NCBI GenBank assembly: GCA_021323375.2
Contig: JAJPCT020000023.1
Span: forward strand, 1-64,000
Length of the DNA stretch: 64,000 nt
Direction of reading: 5' to 3'
DNA from: Candidatus Wolframiiraptor gerlachensis
Lineage (GTDB): Archaea; Thermoproteota; Nitrososphaeria_A; Caldarchaeales; Wolframiiraptoraceae
This document shows, one piece after another, positions 48,477-58,994 of this stretch. The first letter of the stretch is position 1. Each line of letters opens with the position of its first letter. The notes under the pieces are model-generated. The model did not search any database and was not told the origin of the DNA. It worked only from the letters and a program-made list of their open reading frames with translations. The position numbers and the translations under genes are program-made.

Positions 48477-49163
48477 ATGTCAAGGCCATTGATATGCGTC
48501 AGCATCATGGGTAGGGATGAAGCTGAGCTTGAGAGGAAGGTGGAGCGGGCGCTGAGCCTCGGCGGAGACCTTGTTGAGCTCAGGCTAGACTTTCTCCTTG
48601 AGCTCGATGTAGGCCGCCTAGGAAACATTATCTCGAGCCTCGCTGACAAGGTCATCATAACGCTTAGGCCGAGCTGGGAGGGGGGCCACTATAGTGGAGG
48701 CGAGGAGGAGAGGATCGAGCTATTGAGAATGTTATCCGACCTGAAGCCCGCCTACATGGATCTCGAGCTCGCGGCAAGGAACCTCGCTGAAATCTCCAGA
48801 GAGCTTAGGAGAAAGTCGCGTCTCATAATATCTTTTCATGATTTCTCTGGAACGCCCCCTGACGAAGAGCTGGCATCACGAGCCCAGGAGGCCCTAAGAT
48901 ATGGTGACATCGCGAAGATCGTGACTCTCTCAAGGGGAATGGATGATAATCTAGGGATTCTGCGGCTTTACCGGCTGGATGGTATATCGGTTGAGAGGCT
49001 GATAGCATTCGCCATGGGTGAGGCTGGTGTGGTGACGAGGATCCTAGCGCCCATCCTAGGGTCGCCGATAGCCTATTCATGTCTCCCAGGTGAAGAGGTT
49101 ACTCCAGGCCAGCTGAACATAATCCATCTTAGGAGGATCTTGGAGTTGGTGATGCCGCGTTGA
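48477..49163 (+). CDS. aroD: Type I 3-dehydroquinate dehydratase
   Basis: ELRLD, T.R..EGG, ISFHDF, AKIV, FAMG, PGQ. Confidence 0.92.
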   Translation: MSRPLICVSIMGRDEAELERKVERALSLGGDLVELRLDFLLELDVGRLGNIISSLADKVIITLRPSWEGGHYSGGEEERIELLRMLSDLKPAYMDLELAARNLAEISRELRRKSRLIISFHDFSGTPPDEELASRAQEALRYGDIAKIVTLSRGMDDNLGILRLYRLDGISVERLIAFAMGEAGVVTRILAPILGSPIAYSCLPGEEVTPGQLNIIHLRRILELVMPR

Positions 49164-50023
49164 TTAATGCCTCGACAAGGCTCTGCTGTCTTATAGGGCA
49201 TCCGATCGGCCACTCTGTCTCACCCCAGATGCATAATGCCGCCTTCAGGGCTCTTGGGCTAAACTACGTCTACCTCGCGTTCGATGTCTCGCCGAAGATG
49301 CTGGCTGATGCCGTGGCAGGGTTAAGGGCTCTCGGCGTTGCCGGCTTCAACGTGACGATACCCCATAAGGTTGCGGTGATGAGGCTACTCGACGAGCTCG
49401 ATCGCTCGGCGGAGAGGACGGGCGCGGTTAACACTGTAGTGAATCATCATGGAGTCTTAAGGGGCTATAATACTGATCTTCATGGTATTCGGAGGGCGCT
49501 GGAGGGTCGGGGCCCCCCCATCTTGATGCCGGCCCTCGTGATTGGCGCTGGAGGCGCTGCAAGAGCCGCGGTGGTCGCCCTTATAGATCTCGGCTTCCGG
49601 AGAATCCTCATCGCTAATAGGACTATTGAGAAGAGCTTGGCTCTAGCTGAGATTGCACGCTCCCTTGGAGCCTTAGTGGAGGTCTTGGATCTCGATGAAG
49701 GTAGGCGGAGGGCCGTTGAATGCGGGGTTGTGGTGAATGCGACCCCTGTTGGCATGTATCCGGATACTAGCGCCACTCTGCTCATGGCCGAGGAGATGCG
49801 GAGAGGCATGATAGTCCTCGACCTCGTGTATAATCCTCCTAAAACCCGGCTCTTGAAGGAGGCGAAGAGAGCTGGAGCGGTGCCTGTCTCCGGCCTCGAT
49901 GTCCTAGTTTATCAGGGGGCTGAGGCTTTCAAGCTCTGGACCGGCGTGGACCCGCCGATCGAGATTATGAGAAGGGCTGCGATCGAGGCGCTGGAGGGGG
50001 ATCGGGGGGATGAGGGGCGCTAG
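49160..50023 (+). CDS. aroE: Shikimate dehydrogenase
   Basis: HSVSPQMHN, NVTIPHK, GAVNT, NTD, GAGGAA. Confidence 0.95.
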   Translation: MINASTRLCCLIGHPIGHSVSPQMHNAAFRALGLNYVYLAFDVSPKMLADAVAGLRALGVAGFNVTIPHKVAVMRLLDELDRSAERTGAVNTVVNHHGVLRGYNTDLHGIRRALEGRGPPILMPALVIGAGGAARAAVVALIDLGFRRILIANRTIEKSLALAEIARSLGALVEVLDLDEGRRRAVECGVVVNATPVGMYPDTSATLLMAEEMRRGMIVLDLVYNPPKTRLLKEAKRAGAVPVSGLDVLVYQGAEAFKLWTGVDPPIEIMRRAAIEALEGDRGDEGR

Positions 50024-50873
50024 GGCAGTGGTTCATGGCGCGGTGAGCATCCTAAACGCCATACCAACATGGATTGGAGGGGCTTTAGGAGTGGATCTTT
50101 GGACCGAGGCGGAGGCCTGGATTAGTGATGATCCTGGGAGGATTGAGGCGGAGATACCGGGTGGGGAGGATCCAAGCCTCGTGATCGAGACCGCGAGGAC
50201 CGTCCTTCAGCGGGCTAGAAGAGTTGATCTCGGCCTCCGGCTGAGAACTAGGTCGAATATCCCTATGGGGAGGGGGCTTAAGAGCTCGAGCGCCGCCTCA
50301 GATGCCGTGGCCCTAGCAGTCGCGAGGCTCGTTGGCCTTGAATGCGATGGAGATGAGGTGGTGAGGCTCGCTGTCGAGGCCTCGATCAGGGCGGGCGTTA
50401 CGATCACTGGAGCATACGACGACGCCTACACATGCTATTATGGTGGGATAAATATCACGGATAACAAGTCGAGGAAGGTACTATTGAGGAGGATGGCGCC
50501 GGAGGACGTGGTCGTGGTAATATCCGTGCCCGAGAAGAAGATCTATACAAGGTCTGTGGATGTTGGGAGGCTTAGTGCCTTTAGGGAGGTTTGCCTTAAG
50601 GCGGCGAGGCTCGCGCTCCAGGAAAAATTCTGGGACGCGATGATCTTGAATGGACTGGCGATCGCCTCGGCCCTGGACCTAGATCCATCACCCATCCTCG
50701 ACGCGCTTAGGGCTGGGGCCATAGCCGCTGGGGTTTCCGGAACCGGGCCCGCAATAGCAGCAATCACCTCGCCCAAGAGGGTTGATGATGTTCGAGAGGC
50801 CTTAAGGGATTATGGGGATCTTCTCATATGCGGGGTGAATAATTTCGAGGCTAGCTGGGAGGTGTTTGGATGA
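50010..50873 (+). CDS. aroK: Archaeal shikimate kinase (GHMP family)
   Basis: GAVSILNA, GLKSSSA, TITGAYDD, SGTGP. Confidence 0.93.
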   Translation: MRGARAVVHGAVSILNAIPTWIGGALGVDLWTEAEAWISDDPGRIEAEIPGGEDPSLVIETARTVLQRARRVDLGLRLRTRSNIPMGRGLKSSSAASDAVALAVARLVGLECDGDEVVRLAVEASIRAGVTITGAYDDAYTCYYGGINITDNKSRKVLLRRMAPEDVVVVISVPEKKIYTRSVDVGRLSAFREVCLKAARLALQEKFWDAMILNGLAIASALDLDPSPILDALRAGAIAAGVSGTGPAIAAITSPKRVDDVREALRDYGDLLICGVNNFEASWEVFG

Positions 50874-52165
50874 GCAAGATGATACTCGTGAAGCCGTCGG
50901 TGCTTAGGGGCGTGGCTGAGGCTCCTCCGAGCAAGTCCTATACGCATCGGGCTTACGCGGCTGCCCTCCTCTCCGATGGTGTCAGCAAGATCATCAGCCC
51001 CCTCAAATCCCGGGATACAGATGCGACTAGGAGAGCTTGCATTCACTTGGGCGCGGAGATCAAGGAGGAAGAGAACAATGTCCTAGTTAGGGGTGGAGAA
51101 TTTAGGACTCCCGATAATGTTATTGATGTTGAGAATTCCGGGACCACTCTCAGGTTCTTCACGGCGATCTCGGCTCATGCTCCCGGCGGCTACGTGATCT
51201 TGACTGGGGATGACTCGATTAGGAGGAGGCCTATGGAGCCTCTCTTAAAGGCTCTTAGGATGCTTGGTGTCGAGTGCTGGTCGAGCAAGCTGGATGGAAC
51301 GGCGCCGATAATAGTTAGGGGCGGTGGGATAGAGGGAGGCGAGGCCAGAATAGAGGGCTGGATCTCATCCCAGTTCATCTCAGCCCTAATCTATGCGTCG
51401 ACTAGGTCTAGGGGGGGTGCGAGGATAATTGTCGAGGGCGAGATGGTCTCGCGACCATATATCGACGCGAGCCTAGCTGTTCTCGCGAGATTCGGGTTCC
51501 GCGTGGAGCGCGAGGGATACTGCTTCTTCGAGGTTGAGGGCGGGCAGCATGGGGTGACATGCGAGTTCATGGTTCCGGGGGACTTTGGCTCAGCCGCCTT
51601 CCTAACGGCGGGAGCATGCCTGACAGGTGGAGACGTGATCGTGAGAAACCTGAGCTTGGATCTTCCGCAGGCCGACGCCGCGATAATCAACTTCCTGAGG
51701 ATGCTTGGATGCCACGTGGAGATAATGGAGAATGCTGTCAGGGTTTATCGCGCTGGGAGAGCATGTGGAGGAGAATTTGATCTAAGAGACTCGCCGGACC
51801 TCCTCCCGATACTCGCCTGCATCGCTGCCAAGTGCTCAGAGGAAGTGGTCTTGAGAGGTGTCGCTCATGCGAGGTTCAAGGAGAGTGATAGGATCATAGT
51901 CATGGCGCATGAGCTCGCCAAGCTTGGCATCTATGTCGAGCCCCTCCCAGATGGCTTGAGAATACGCGGGAGGGATAGTATCGAGGGAGGATGCGTGCTG
52001 GATCCCCATGGTGATCATCGGGTATTCATGGCTCTCGCGATGCTCGCGGCTTCTACCGAGAGGGGGTGCCTCGTGAAGGATCCGGAGGTTGCTGAGGTCT
52101 CGTATCCCCAGTTCCTCGAGCACGCGATCGGCCTAGGATTGAATGTGGAGGTACTTGAAGGATGA
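50870..52165 (+). CDS. aroA: EPSP synthase
   Basis: PPSKS..HR, NSGTTLRF, RRPM, SSQF, KESDRI, DHR. Confidence 0.95.
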   Translation: MSKMILVKPSVLRGVAEAPPSKSYTHRAYAAALLSDGVSKIISPLKSRDTDATRRACIHLGAEIKEEENNVLVRGGEFRTPDNVIDVENSGTTLRFFTAISAHAPGGYVILTGDDSIRRRPMEPLLKALRMLGVECWSSKLDGTAPIIVRGGGIEGGEARIEGWISSQFISALIYASTRSRGGARIIVEGEMVSRPYIDASLAVLARFGFRVEREGYCFFEVEGGQHGVTCEFMVPGDFGSAAFLTAGACLTGGDVIVRNLSLDLPQADAAIINFLRMLGCHVEIMENAVRVYRAGRACGGEFDLRDSPDLLPILACIAAKCSEEVVLRGVAHARFKESDRIIVMAHELAKLGIYVEPLPDGLRIRGRDSIEGGCVLDPHGDHRVFMALAMLAASTERGCLVKDPEVAEVSYPQFLEHAIGLGLNVEVLEG

Positions 52166-53268
52166 GGGGCAATATTATCGGCGAGAGGTTCATAGTCCTG
52201 AGCTTCGGCGAGAGCCATGGAAGATGTGTTGGAGCCGTTGTTGATGGTTGCCCCGCCGGCCTATCCCTCCGGGAGGAGGATGTTCAACGTGAGCTGGATT
52301 TGAGGAGGCCCTCGAGTCCGCTTATCTCGACCGAGAGAAGCGAGGAGGATGTTGTCGAAATACTTTCAGGAGTCTTCGAGGGGTATACGACTGGCGCGCC
52401 GATATGCATGCTTACCTGGAATAGAGATGTTAGGAGCGAGGACTACGCGGAGATCAGGTATAAACCTAGGCCGGGCCACGCCGACTATTATGCCCATGTC
52501 AAGTATGGGGGCTTCCATGATTATCGCGGCGGCGGCAGGTTCTCGGGAAGGATAACCGCCGGATTCGTAATGGCTGGAGCCGTCGCGAAGAAGCTCCTGA
52601 GAGATGTCCTAGGCATCAGGATCATCGGATACTCGCTTGAGATCGGTGGTGTGAGGGCTGGCGAGTTCACCTTGGAGGATGCTGAGAGGAACAGGTATGG
52701 AAATGATGTTAGGGCGCCGACCCTGGAGGCTGCTGAGAGGATGAGGGAGAGGATTCTGGAGGCAAGGGAGAGGGGGGATAGCGTCGGCGGGATAGTGGAG
52801 TGCGTAGCTGTGAATGTTCCCATAGGGTTGGGTGAGCCGGTATTTGATGCCTTGGATGCCGATCTCGCGAAGGCCATGATGGCGATTCCCGGGGCGAGGG
52901 GGGTTGAGTTTGGGGCCGGGTTCGCCGCTGCCAGAATGACTGGCTCACAGCACAACGATCCATTAATCGTGAGGAATGGCAGGATAATCTCTGAGAAGAA
53001 TGATGCTGGAGGAGTGATCGGGGGCCTCTCGACGGGCATGCCGATAATCGTCAGGGTTGCTTTCAAGCCGACGAGCTCCATACCCTTGGAGCAGAAGACT
53101 GTTGATCTTAGGGATCTCAGCGAGGCGGGGCTGAGGATGCGCGGCAGGCATGATCCATGCATCGTCCCAAGGGCAGTGGTGGTCGTCGAGGCGATGATGG
53201 CGATAGTGCTCGCCGATCACGCAATTAGAGCCGGATTCATACCACCAGTCCTCAGGCGTGGGGATTAA
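52162..53268 (+). CDS. aroC: Chorismate synthase
   Basis: GESHG, PRPGHAD, GGRFSGR, KPTSSI, GRHDPC. Confidence 0.96.
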   Translation: MRGNIIGERFIVLSFGESHGRCVGAVVDGCPAGLSLREEDVQRELDLRRPSSPLISTERSEEDVVEILSGVFEGYTTGAPICMLTWNRDVRSEDYAEIRYKPRPGHADYYAHVKYGGFHDYRGGGRFSGRITAGFVMAGAVAKKLLRDVLGIRIIGYSLEIGGVRAGEFTLEDAERNRYGNDVRAPTLEAAERMRERILEARERGDSVGGIVECVAVNVPIGLGEPVFDALDADLAKAMMAIPGARGVEFGAGFAAARMTGSQHNDPLIVRNGRIISEKNDAGGVIGGLSTGMPIIVRVAFKPTSSIPLEQKTVDLRDLSEAGLRMRGRHDPCIVPRAVVVVEAMMAIVLADHAIRAGFIPPVLRRGD

Positions 53269-54074
53269 GCCGCCTTCACCGGCAGGATCCTCAGCGCCTC
53301 CTCAACCCTACGCCAAACATCATCGCCGCCGCGGGCAAGCTCGTCAATCGACCTCTTCAGGTCCTCGACAGCCCTCCCAGCATATCGATTCGACTCAGCT
53401 ATCTCCCTAATTACCCTCAAGTTGCCGCGAAGCATCCTTAGCATCTGCATAGTTTTTCTCAGGGATCTGGTCGCGTAGCTCTCCATCAGCTCCGGCCCCC
53501 TATCATGGAGCGTGAGGGCTAGAGCTAGGTAGGAGAGGTGATGGGCGACTTGGACATAGGCCATTATCTCATCATGCTCTTCCGGGGTTGAGAGGGCTAC
53601 CCTCAGCCCAGCATCCTCGAAGATCATCTTAATCATCTCTATATAGGATGAACCCCGAATAGGAATGAGTATTACGCGGTTGCCTGCGAGCTTTCTGGCA
53701 GCAGGCCCGAGGAGCGGGTGGATGCTCAGATACTCGACGCCACTTGGTAGAAGCTCCAGCACCTTCTCGATGACGCCGAGCTTGACTGATGAGATGTCCA
53801 TGAGGAGGGATCCATCCCGGAGGAGGGGCGAGATCTTTCCTACTATTTCCGGGATATGCTGTGATGGCGTCGTCAATATCACCGCATCATATTCTCCGAT
53901 GGACTCTATCGCCGAGCAGCTTACCCCCATCATCCTCGAGAACCTTCTCGCCTTCTCAGGGCTCCTTGATATTATCGCCACCTCCGATACCCTGCCCTTA
54001 AAGATCCTTGTGAGGATCCTCGCCATCCCGCCAGCCCCAATTATCGCGAGCCTCAGATCAAGTGGCTTCTCCAA
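53265..54074 (-). CDS. tyrA: Prephenate dehydrogenase (probable TTG start at 54074)
   Basis: IIGAGGM, DISSVK, HPLLGP, EEHD..MA..Q. Confidence 0.88.
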   Translation of the reverse strand: MEKPLDLRLAIIGAGGMARILTRIFKGRVSEVAIISRSPEKARRFSRMMGVSCSAIESIGEYDAVILTTPSQHIPEIVGKISPLLRDGSLLMDISSVKLGVIEKVLELLPSGVEYLSIHPLLGPAARKLAGNRVILIPIRGSSYIEMIKMIFEDAGLRVALSTPEEHDEIMAYVQVAHHLSYLALALTLHDRGPELMESYATRSLRKTMQMLRMLRGNLRVIREIAESNRYAGRAVEDLKRSIDELARGGDDVWRRVEEALRILPVKAA

Positions 54075-54078
54075 GATC

Positions 54079-55158
54079 TCACCCAAGCTCCTCATATGAT
54101 CCAAGGATCTTGAGGAAAAGGGCCTTCTCACCCAACTCCCTCAACGCCTCGATACACCTCTCCTCAGCCTCTCCATCACCCTCAAAATCAACATGGAAGA
54201 GATACTCCCATGGCCTATCCTTCACCGGCCTCGACTCTATCCTCGTCAGGTTAATCTTCTTCGAGGCTAGTATTGAGAGGGCTTCATGGAGCGAGCCGGG
54301 CCTATGCTGAAGCCTGAAAATTATCGAGGTCTTTCTCCTGCCCGAGCCCGCTAGTCGCTCCCGCCCGATTATGAAGAATCTAGTTACATCATCCTTTACA
54401 TCCTGTATATCGCTTGCGAGGATCTCGCCGCCATATACTACCGCGGCCATCTTGGATGCTATCGCGGCCGCGCCATCATGCTCTAGAGCCCTCCTCACGG
54501 CCTCCGCCGTGCTCGGGCAATCCTCAACCCTAACATTTTTCAAGGCTCTGCTCAGGAACCCCCTACACTGCGCTAGAGCGGTTGGATGGCTCATGACAAC
54601 ACGTATGTCCTCGAGCCTCATCCCGGGCTTAGCTATCAAGTTGAGGCTTATCCTAACCTGGACCTCCCCGCATACTCTTAATGGCGTCTCGACGAGTAGG
54701 TCTAGCGTCTCCCTCACCCCTCCCTCGATCGAGTTCTCGACGGGAACAACACCATACTGCGCGTCGCCGGACTCGACAGCCCTAAAGACATCTTTTATCG
54801 TCGGCATGGGATATGGCTCAAGCCCCTTGCTGAGTAGGGCCTTGAAGGCCGCCTCCTCACTGAATGATCCCCTGGGGCCGAGGTAGGATACCCTCCCCGG
54901 GCTCTGCGCCCTCCTGCACATCCCGATGAGCGCTCTAAGCGCGATCAGAGCCAGCTCCTTATCTATCCCGAGAGACTCGGCGAGCTCCCCGCCGCGCCTC
55001 AAGACCTCCTCCTCACGCTCCAAGTCGGCCAGCGGTAACCCGCCAGCCCTCTTCAGCTCACCTATCCTCCGGGCTATCTCGACCCTTCTCGCAACAAGTC
55101 GGAGGATCTCTGAATCCACCTCGTCTATCATCCTCCTCAGCTCATCCAGCTCCGACAT
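54079..55158 (-). CDS. pheA: Chorismate mutase / prephenate dehydratase
   Basis: N-terminal AroQ (LR..ID.VD), LGP.GSFSE, PVENS.EG, TRF, ACT domain ESRP. Confidence 0.93.
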   Translation of the reverse strand: MSELDELRRMIDEVDSEILRLVARRVEIARRIGELKRAGGLPLADLEREEEVLRRGGELAESLGIDKELALIALRALIGMCRRAQSPGRVSYLGPRGSFSEEAAFKALLSKGLEPYPMPTIKDVFRAVESGDAQYGVVPVENSIEGGVRETLDLLVETPLRVCGEVQVRISLNLIAKPGMRLEDIRVVMSHPTALAQCRGFLSRALKNVRVEDCPSTAEAVRRALEHDGAAAIASKMAAVVYGGEILASDIQDVKDDVTRFFIIGRERLAGSGRRKTSIIFRLQHRPGSLHEALSILASKKINLTRIESRPVKDRPWEYLFHVDFEGDGEAEERCIEALRELGEKALFLKILGSYEELG

Positions 55159-55255
55159 CCCGGCGGATCAAGACTCCAGACGCCGATATATCCTCTTCTC
55201 CACAACCGCTCCCATGGGCCCTAAACCCTAGGGTATGGATCAGCTTGACATCTTC

Positions 55256-56965
55256 TCACGATGAGGTGAATGATATTGCTGATGCGAGCTCCGCTGCCTT
55301 CTCATCAATCCTCTCCACCAGTTTCTTGAATAACCCCTTATACTCGAGGGTCGCCTTCTCAAGAGCCTCCTCATATGTTATCTCACCCTTCTCAATCCTG
55401 CTCATCATCTCCTCGATCCTCCTCCTAGTCTCGGGCGTCACGAGCTTCGGGTCTATTGACTCAAGAACCTCAATCAGCTTCATACCCAGGGGTGTTGGCT
55501 TGAATGCCCCCTTCTCCTTGACGACATATCCCCTCTCCCTGATAAGCTGTGGGAAGCTCGCCCTCGTGGCATCGGTTCCTATCCCATGCTCCTCCATGAG
55601 CCTTAGAAGCTCCGCCTCGGTCAGCCTATCAGGAGGCTTAGTCTTCCCCTCATGAAGCCTGATGGACACTATCCTCAGCCTCTCGCCAACCATGAGCTCC
55701 GGGATCGGGTTATCCTCAGGCCTAAAGTATTCGTATACCTCGAAGAATCCTGGTTCCACCAGCTGGGATCCCGAGGCCTTTAGCTTTATGCCCGCAATGC
55801 TGAGCTCCGCGGACCTCAGCCTCTTCACCGCATCGGTGTAGAACGCATTAGCAAGGAATCTCTTCGCGACATATCTCCAGACCTCCAAGCTGAGGCCTGA
55901 GCCTTTATAGGGGGCTATTGGGTAGATGGGTGTATGAGCGCCGTCATCAAGGCTACCCTGCCTAGGACTTGGCCGAGCAAGAGGAGGCTTCACGCCAAGT
56001 CCCTGAGCCGCTGCACGGAGAGGCTGCTCGAAGTCAAATACAGGCCTGTACCTGTTCGTATCCGTCCTAGGATAGGAGATGTACCCCTCAGCATAGAGGT
56101 TCTCGGCGACTTGGAGTATCTTGGCAGCTGGCTGGCCTGTTATCCTCGACAAGTCCCTCAATAGGTCATCGGTCCGGATCGGCGTCGGTCTCGCAACTTC
56201 CATGATCCTCTCATCAAACTTCTCAACCACCGCGTATCCGGCGCTGGATGCCCTCTCGAATGCTCTCCGCGCCTCGCCATGATCCCAGAACCTATCACTC
56301 TCCGCCTCAAACCTCTCTCCAAGCTCTGTCTCGAGAGCTGCTTTGATCGTCCAGAAGGGCTTAGGCTTGAAGTTTATCCGCTCAAGCTCTCGCTTAACTA
56401 TGAACCAGAGTGTTGGAGCCTGGCAGCTCCCCCAGCTTATCAGCCTCACGCTACGATCATGTTTCCTAGTTGATAGTGTTAGAAGCCTTGTGAATGCTGC
56501 TCCCGCGATTAGGTCGAACCTCTGCCTGAAAAGCGCCTTCATCACCCAGCCCCAGTTCAGGTCATCCTCGAGGCTCTGCCACGCCCTCCTAAGCTCGCCC
56601 AGATCAGTGCTGTTAAACCTCATCCGCTTATATGGAGCAACCCCCCTAACCTCCCTCCAGATCTTCAATATCTCGGCGCCTATCAGCTCGCCCTCCGAGT
56701 CGTTATCCGTGGCTATCACGAGCACATCAGCCTCTTTGAACAGCTTCCTGAGCTCCCTGATGGCCCTCGCATCCCTCACCTCATCCCTAAACTCGCGGAC
56801 ATCAAAGAGCTTGAGCGGGTCGCATCTCCTCCATCCATACTCCTCGGAGAACTCAGAGTCGAGTATATGCCCCCTGACAGAGGTCACTATGACATCGCTC
56901 CTCCTCAGAGCCTCCCTAATCCTCCTCGCGACACTCGGCTTCTCAGCGACCACCACGAACCTCAT
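55256..56965 (-). CDS. topA: Type IA DNA topoisomerase (core only)
   Basis: AEKPS, D.D.EGE TOPRIM, YISYPRTD catalytic Tyr, GIGTDATR. Confidence 0.9.
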   Translation of the reverse strand: MRFVVVAEKPSVARRIREALRRSDVIVTSVRGHILDSEFSEEYGWRRCDPLKLFDVREFRDEVRDARAIRELRKLFKEADVLVIATDNDSEGELIGAEILKIWREVRGVAPYKRMRFNSTDLGELRRAWQSLEDDLNWGWVMKALFRQRFDLIAGAAFTRLLTLSTRKHDRSVRLISWGSCQAPTLWFIVKRELERINFKPKPFWTIKAALETELGERFEAESDRFWDHGEARRAFERASSAGYAVVEKFDERIMEVARPTPIRTDDLLRDLSRITGQPAAKILQVAENLYAEGYISYPRTDTNRYRPVFDFEQPLRAAAQGLGVKPPLARPSPRQGSLDDGAHTPIYPIAPYKGSGLSLEVWRYVAKRFLANAFYTDAVKRLRSAELSIAGIKLKASGSQLVEPGFFEVYEYFRPEDNPIPELMVGERLRIVSIRLHEGKTKPPDRLTEAELLRLMEEHGIGTDATRASFPQLIRERGYVVKEKGAFKPTPLGMKLIEVLESIDPKLVTPETRRRIEEMMSRIEKGEITYEEALEKATLEYKGLFKKLVERIDEKAAELASAISFTSS

Positions 56966-57010
56966 CTAGATCTTCTAGAGCCATTAATCCAGAGCCATAA
57001 TTTTATGATT

Positions 57011-57937
57011 CTAGACCTGGCTCCTGCCGCATCTCGGGCAGAAGAGGCTCGACACGGGCTTTGACCCCCTGCAGAACCTGCAGATCGGCGAGATCGCCTT
57101 GGATATGGCCAGCCTCCACTCAACCTTCCCCCTAACAGCCCTATACTCCGGGCTTCGATAAAACTCCAGGATACGGTTGATCCTCTCCTCGTGTGTTGGA
57201 TGTGTGCTTACTGGCTCTAGTGCCGGCTCATCAAGCGCTGGAAGTATCCTCGCAAGCTTTCGTAGAAGGCTTATTGGCTTCGCCGGGTCTCCGGAGACTA
57301 TTAGCGCGGCCCTATCAGCCGATATCTCGGACTCCCTATGCCATGAGAGGAGCATCAGCCGGAGGATGGGCGAGAGCATGTTCAATAATCCCCCGGCGAG
57401 CTCGAGTGAGAACTCAGCTCCCCTGACAAGCATCTCAGCCAGCGTATGATACTTGATATGATGACACTTTACATGGCCGAGCTCATGGCCTAGGACCGCC
57501 TTAACCTCGCCACTGTCGAGGATCTCGAGGAGCCCGGAGCTTATCACGAGAAACTGCTTATCACGCGACCCAAAGGTGAAGGCGGTTGGCGCGCTCGACC
57601 TCAGCAGATATGCCTCTGGAAGTCCTGGGAGGCCGAGGATTATCCCGCACTCCCTTATTATCGAGCCGAGCTCTGATGAATAGTCAATCCTCCTCGAGCA
57701 TCTGCGAAGCCTGGATAGAATCTGATGCACATGGCGCTTGATCATGAGCTCATCGACTATTGGTGAGAGAGCCTCAAAGCCCCTCAGATTCTCCATCGCG
57801 TCGCGATCGGGCGGGTAGATGAAGTCCGATACCTCTAGATCGTAGCTCGTCAGTGGGACAACTCTTCCACCGCATTTCACGCAGAAGACCTTCTCGACCC
57901 CCACAAACGCTCCGCAGCTCGGACAGGCGATCTGCAT
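57011..57937 (-). CDS. M48 family metallopeptidase with terminal zinc ribbons
   Basis: HELGH, E..ADR, THP..ER; CPSC/CVKC at N-terminus and CRFC/CPRC at C-terminus. Confidence 0.85.
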   Translation of the reverse strand: MQIACPSCGAFVGVEKVFCVKCGGRVVPLTSYDLEVSDFIYPPDRDAMENLRGFEALSPIVDELMIKRHVHQILSRLRRCSRRIDYSSELGSIIRECGIILGLPGLPEAYLLRSSAPTAFTFGSRDKQFLVISSGLLEILDSGEVKAVLGHELGHVKCHHIKYHTLAEMLVRGAEFSLELAGGLLNMLSPILRLMLLSWHRESEISADRAALIVSGDPAKPISLLRKLARILPALDEPALEPVSTHPTHEERINRILEFYRSPEYRAVRGKVEWRLAISKAISPICRFCRGSKPVSSLFCPRCGRSQV

Positions 57938-58017
57938 TCGACGCTATAGTGCGTGGATAGGCTTAATGAGTATTTCGATGAGCGCTAGGCTTAATATCTG
58001 CTAGCATACGGCAGCCC

Positions 58018-58935
58018 TTGAGAAGAGCCTTGAAGATAATCCCCCTCCTCGCGCTCTTGCTGCTGGCCTCACAGCCCGCCACGATACTCATCACGATAGA
58101 CTCTAGCGGCATTGTCGAGGCATATCTGAGCCTGAGAACCGTTGAGGGCTTGAACGAGATTAGGCTGCCGGCCGAGCCCATCCCAGAGACTATCGAAGTT
58201 CGCGTTGGCGGCGAATGTGTCGCCGCAATATATGAGGATGGAATTCTCTACTTCTTCTCTCCCGCGCCCGGCGATGCCGAGATAAGCTACATGGTCAACG
58301 TGTCGGCGATGGATAATATCCTCAGCTTCGGCATCGGCGGGGGGGTACTTACGAAGTTGAAGATATCTCCCCAAGTGATCCTGCTAACAGTCCCGAGGAA
58401 CATCGAAGGAATTGAGTATGTTAAGGGTGATCTCGTGATAGAGTTCTATGGCCCGGAGAGGATAGAGTATGCCGTGAGGACTGGAGCGGCCCCGCAGCCA
58501 ACCATAACCACAACCCGGACGGAAACTGTAACATCCATCACAATCACTCAAACATCGAGCACATATGCAACCGAGTCCATCGAGAAGCCTGGAGCCCGGC
58601 TCATCGATCCAACCATAATAGTGGGCTTAATCGTGATCATAATAATCGTGGTCGCGGCACTTCTCGCCTACTCCAAGTCGAGAAGCAGGAGTGTGCCTGG
58701 CGAGGATCATGCTCTAACAAAGCTTGATAAGATGATCTTGGAGGCTATCGAGAATGCGGGCGGCTCTATTCTCCAGGGGGAGCTCCAGGCGGCCCTCGGC
58801 CTCCCGAAGACCACGCTATGGAGGCATGTCAAGAAGCTTGGGAAGCTTGGATACATACAGATCGTGAAGGAGGGGGCCCTGAACAGGCTCATACTCCTCA
58901 AAAAGCCGGGCCGGGGATTCCCGCCGAGTTCCTAG
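58018..58935 (+). CDS. Membrane-anchored protein with extracellular domain and C-terminal winged-HTH
   Basis: Signal peptide, beta domain, Thr-rich linker, TM, GGSILQGEL..LGLPKTTLWRHVKKL..GYI. Confidence 0.82.
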   Translation: MRRALKIIPLLALLLLASQPATILITIDSSGIVEAYLSLRTVEGLNEIRLPAEPIPETIEVRVGGECVAAIYEDGILYFFSPAPGDAEISYMVNVSAMDNILSFGIGGGVLTKLKISPQVILLTVPRNIEGIEYVKGDLVIEFYGPERIEYAVRTGAAPQPTITTTRTETVTSITITQTSSTYATESIEKPGARLIDPTIIVGLIVIIIIVVAALLAYSKSRSRSVPGEDHALTKLDKMILEAIENAGGSILQGELQAALGLPKTTLWRHVKKLGKLGYIQIVKEGALNRLILLKKPGRGFPPSS

Positions 58936-58994
58936 CAGTGAAACCGTTTGGAACCGGGATTTCCGAGATTCCCTAAAATCATGACCACTACTCT

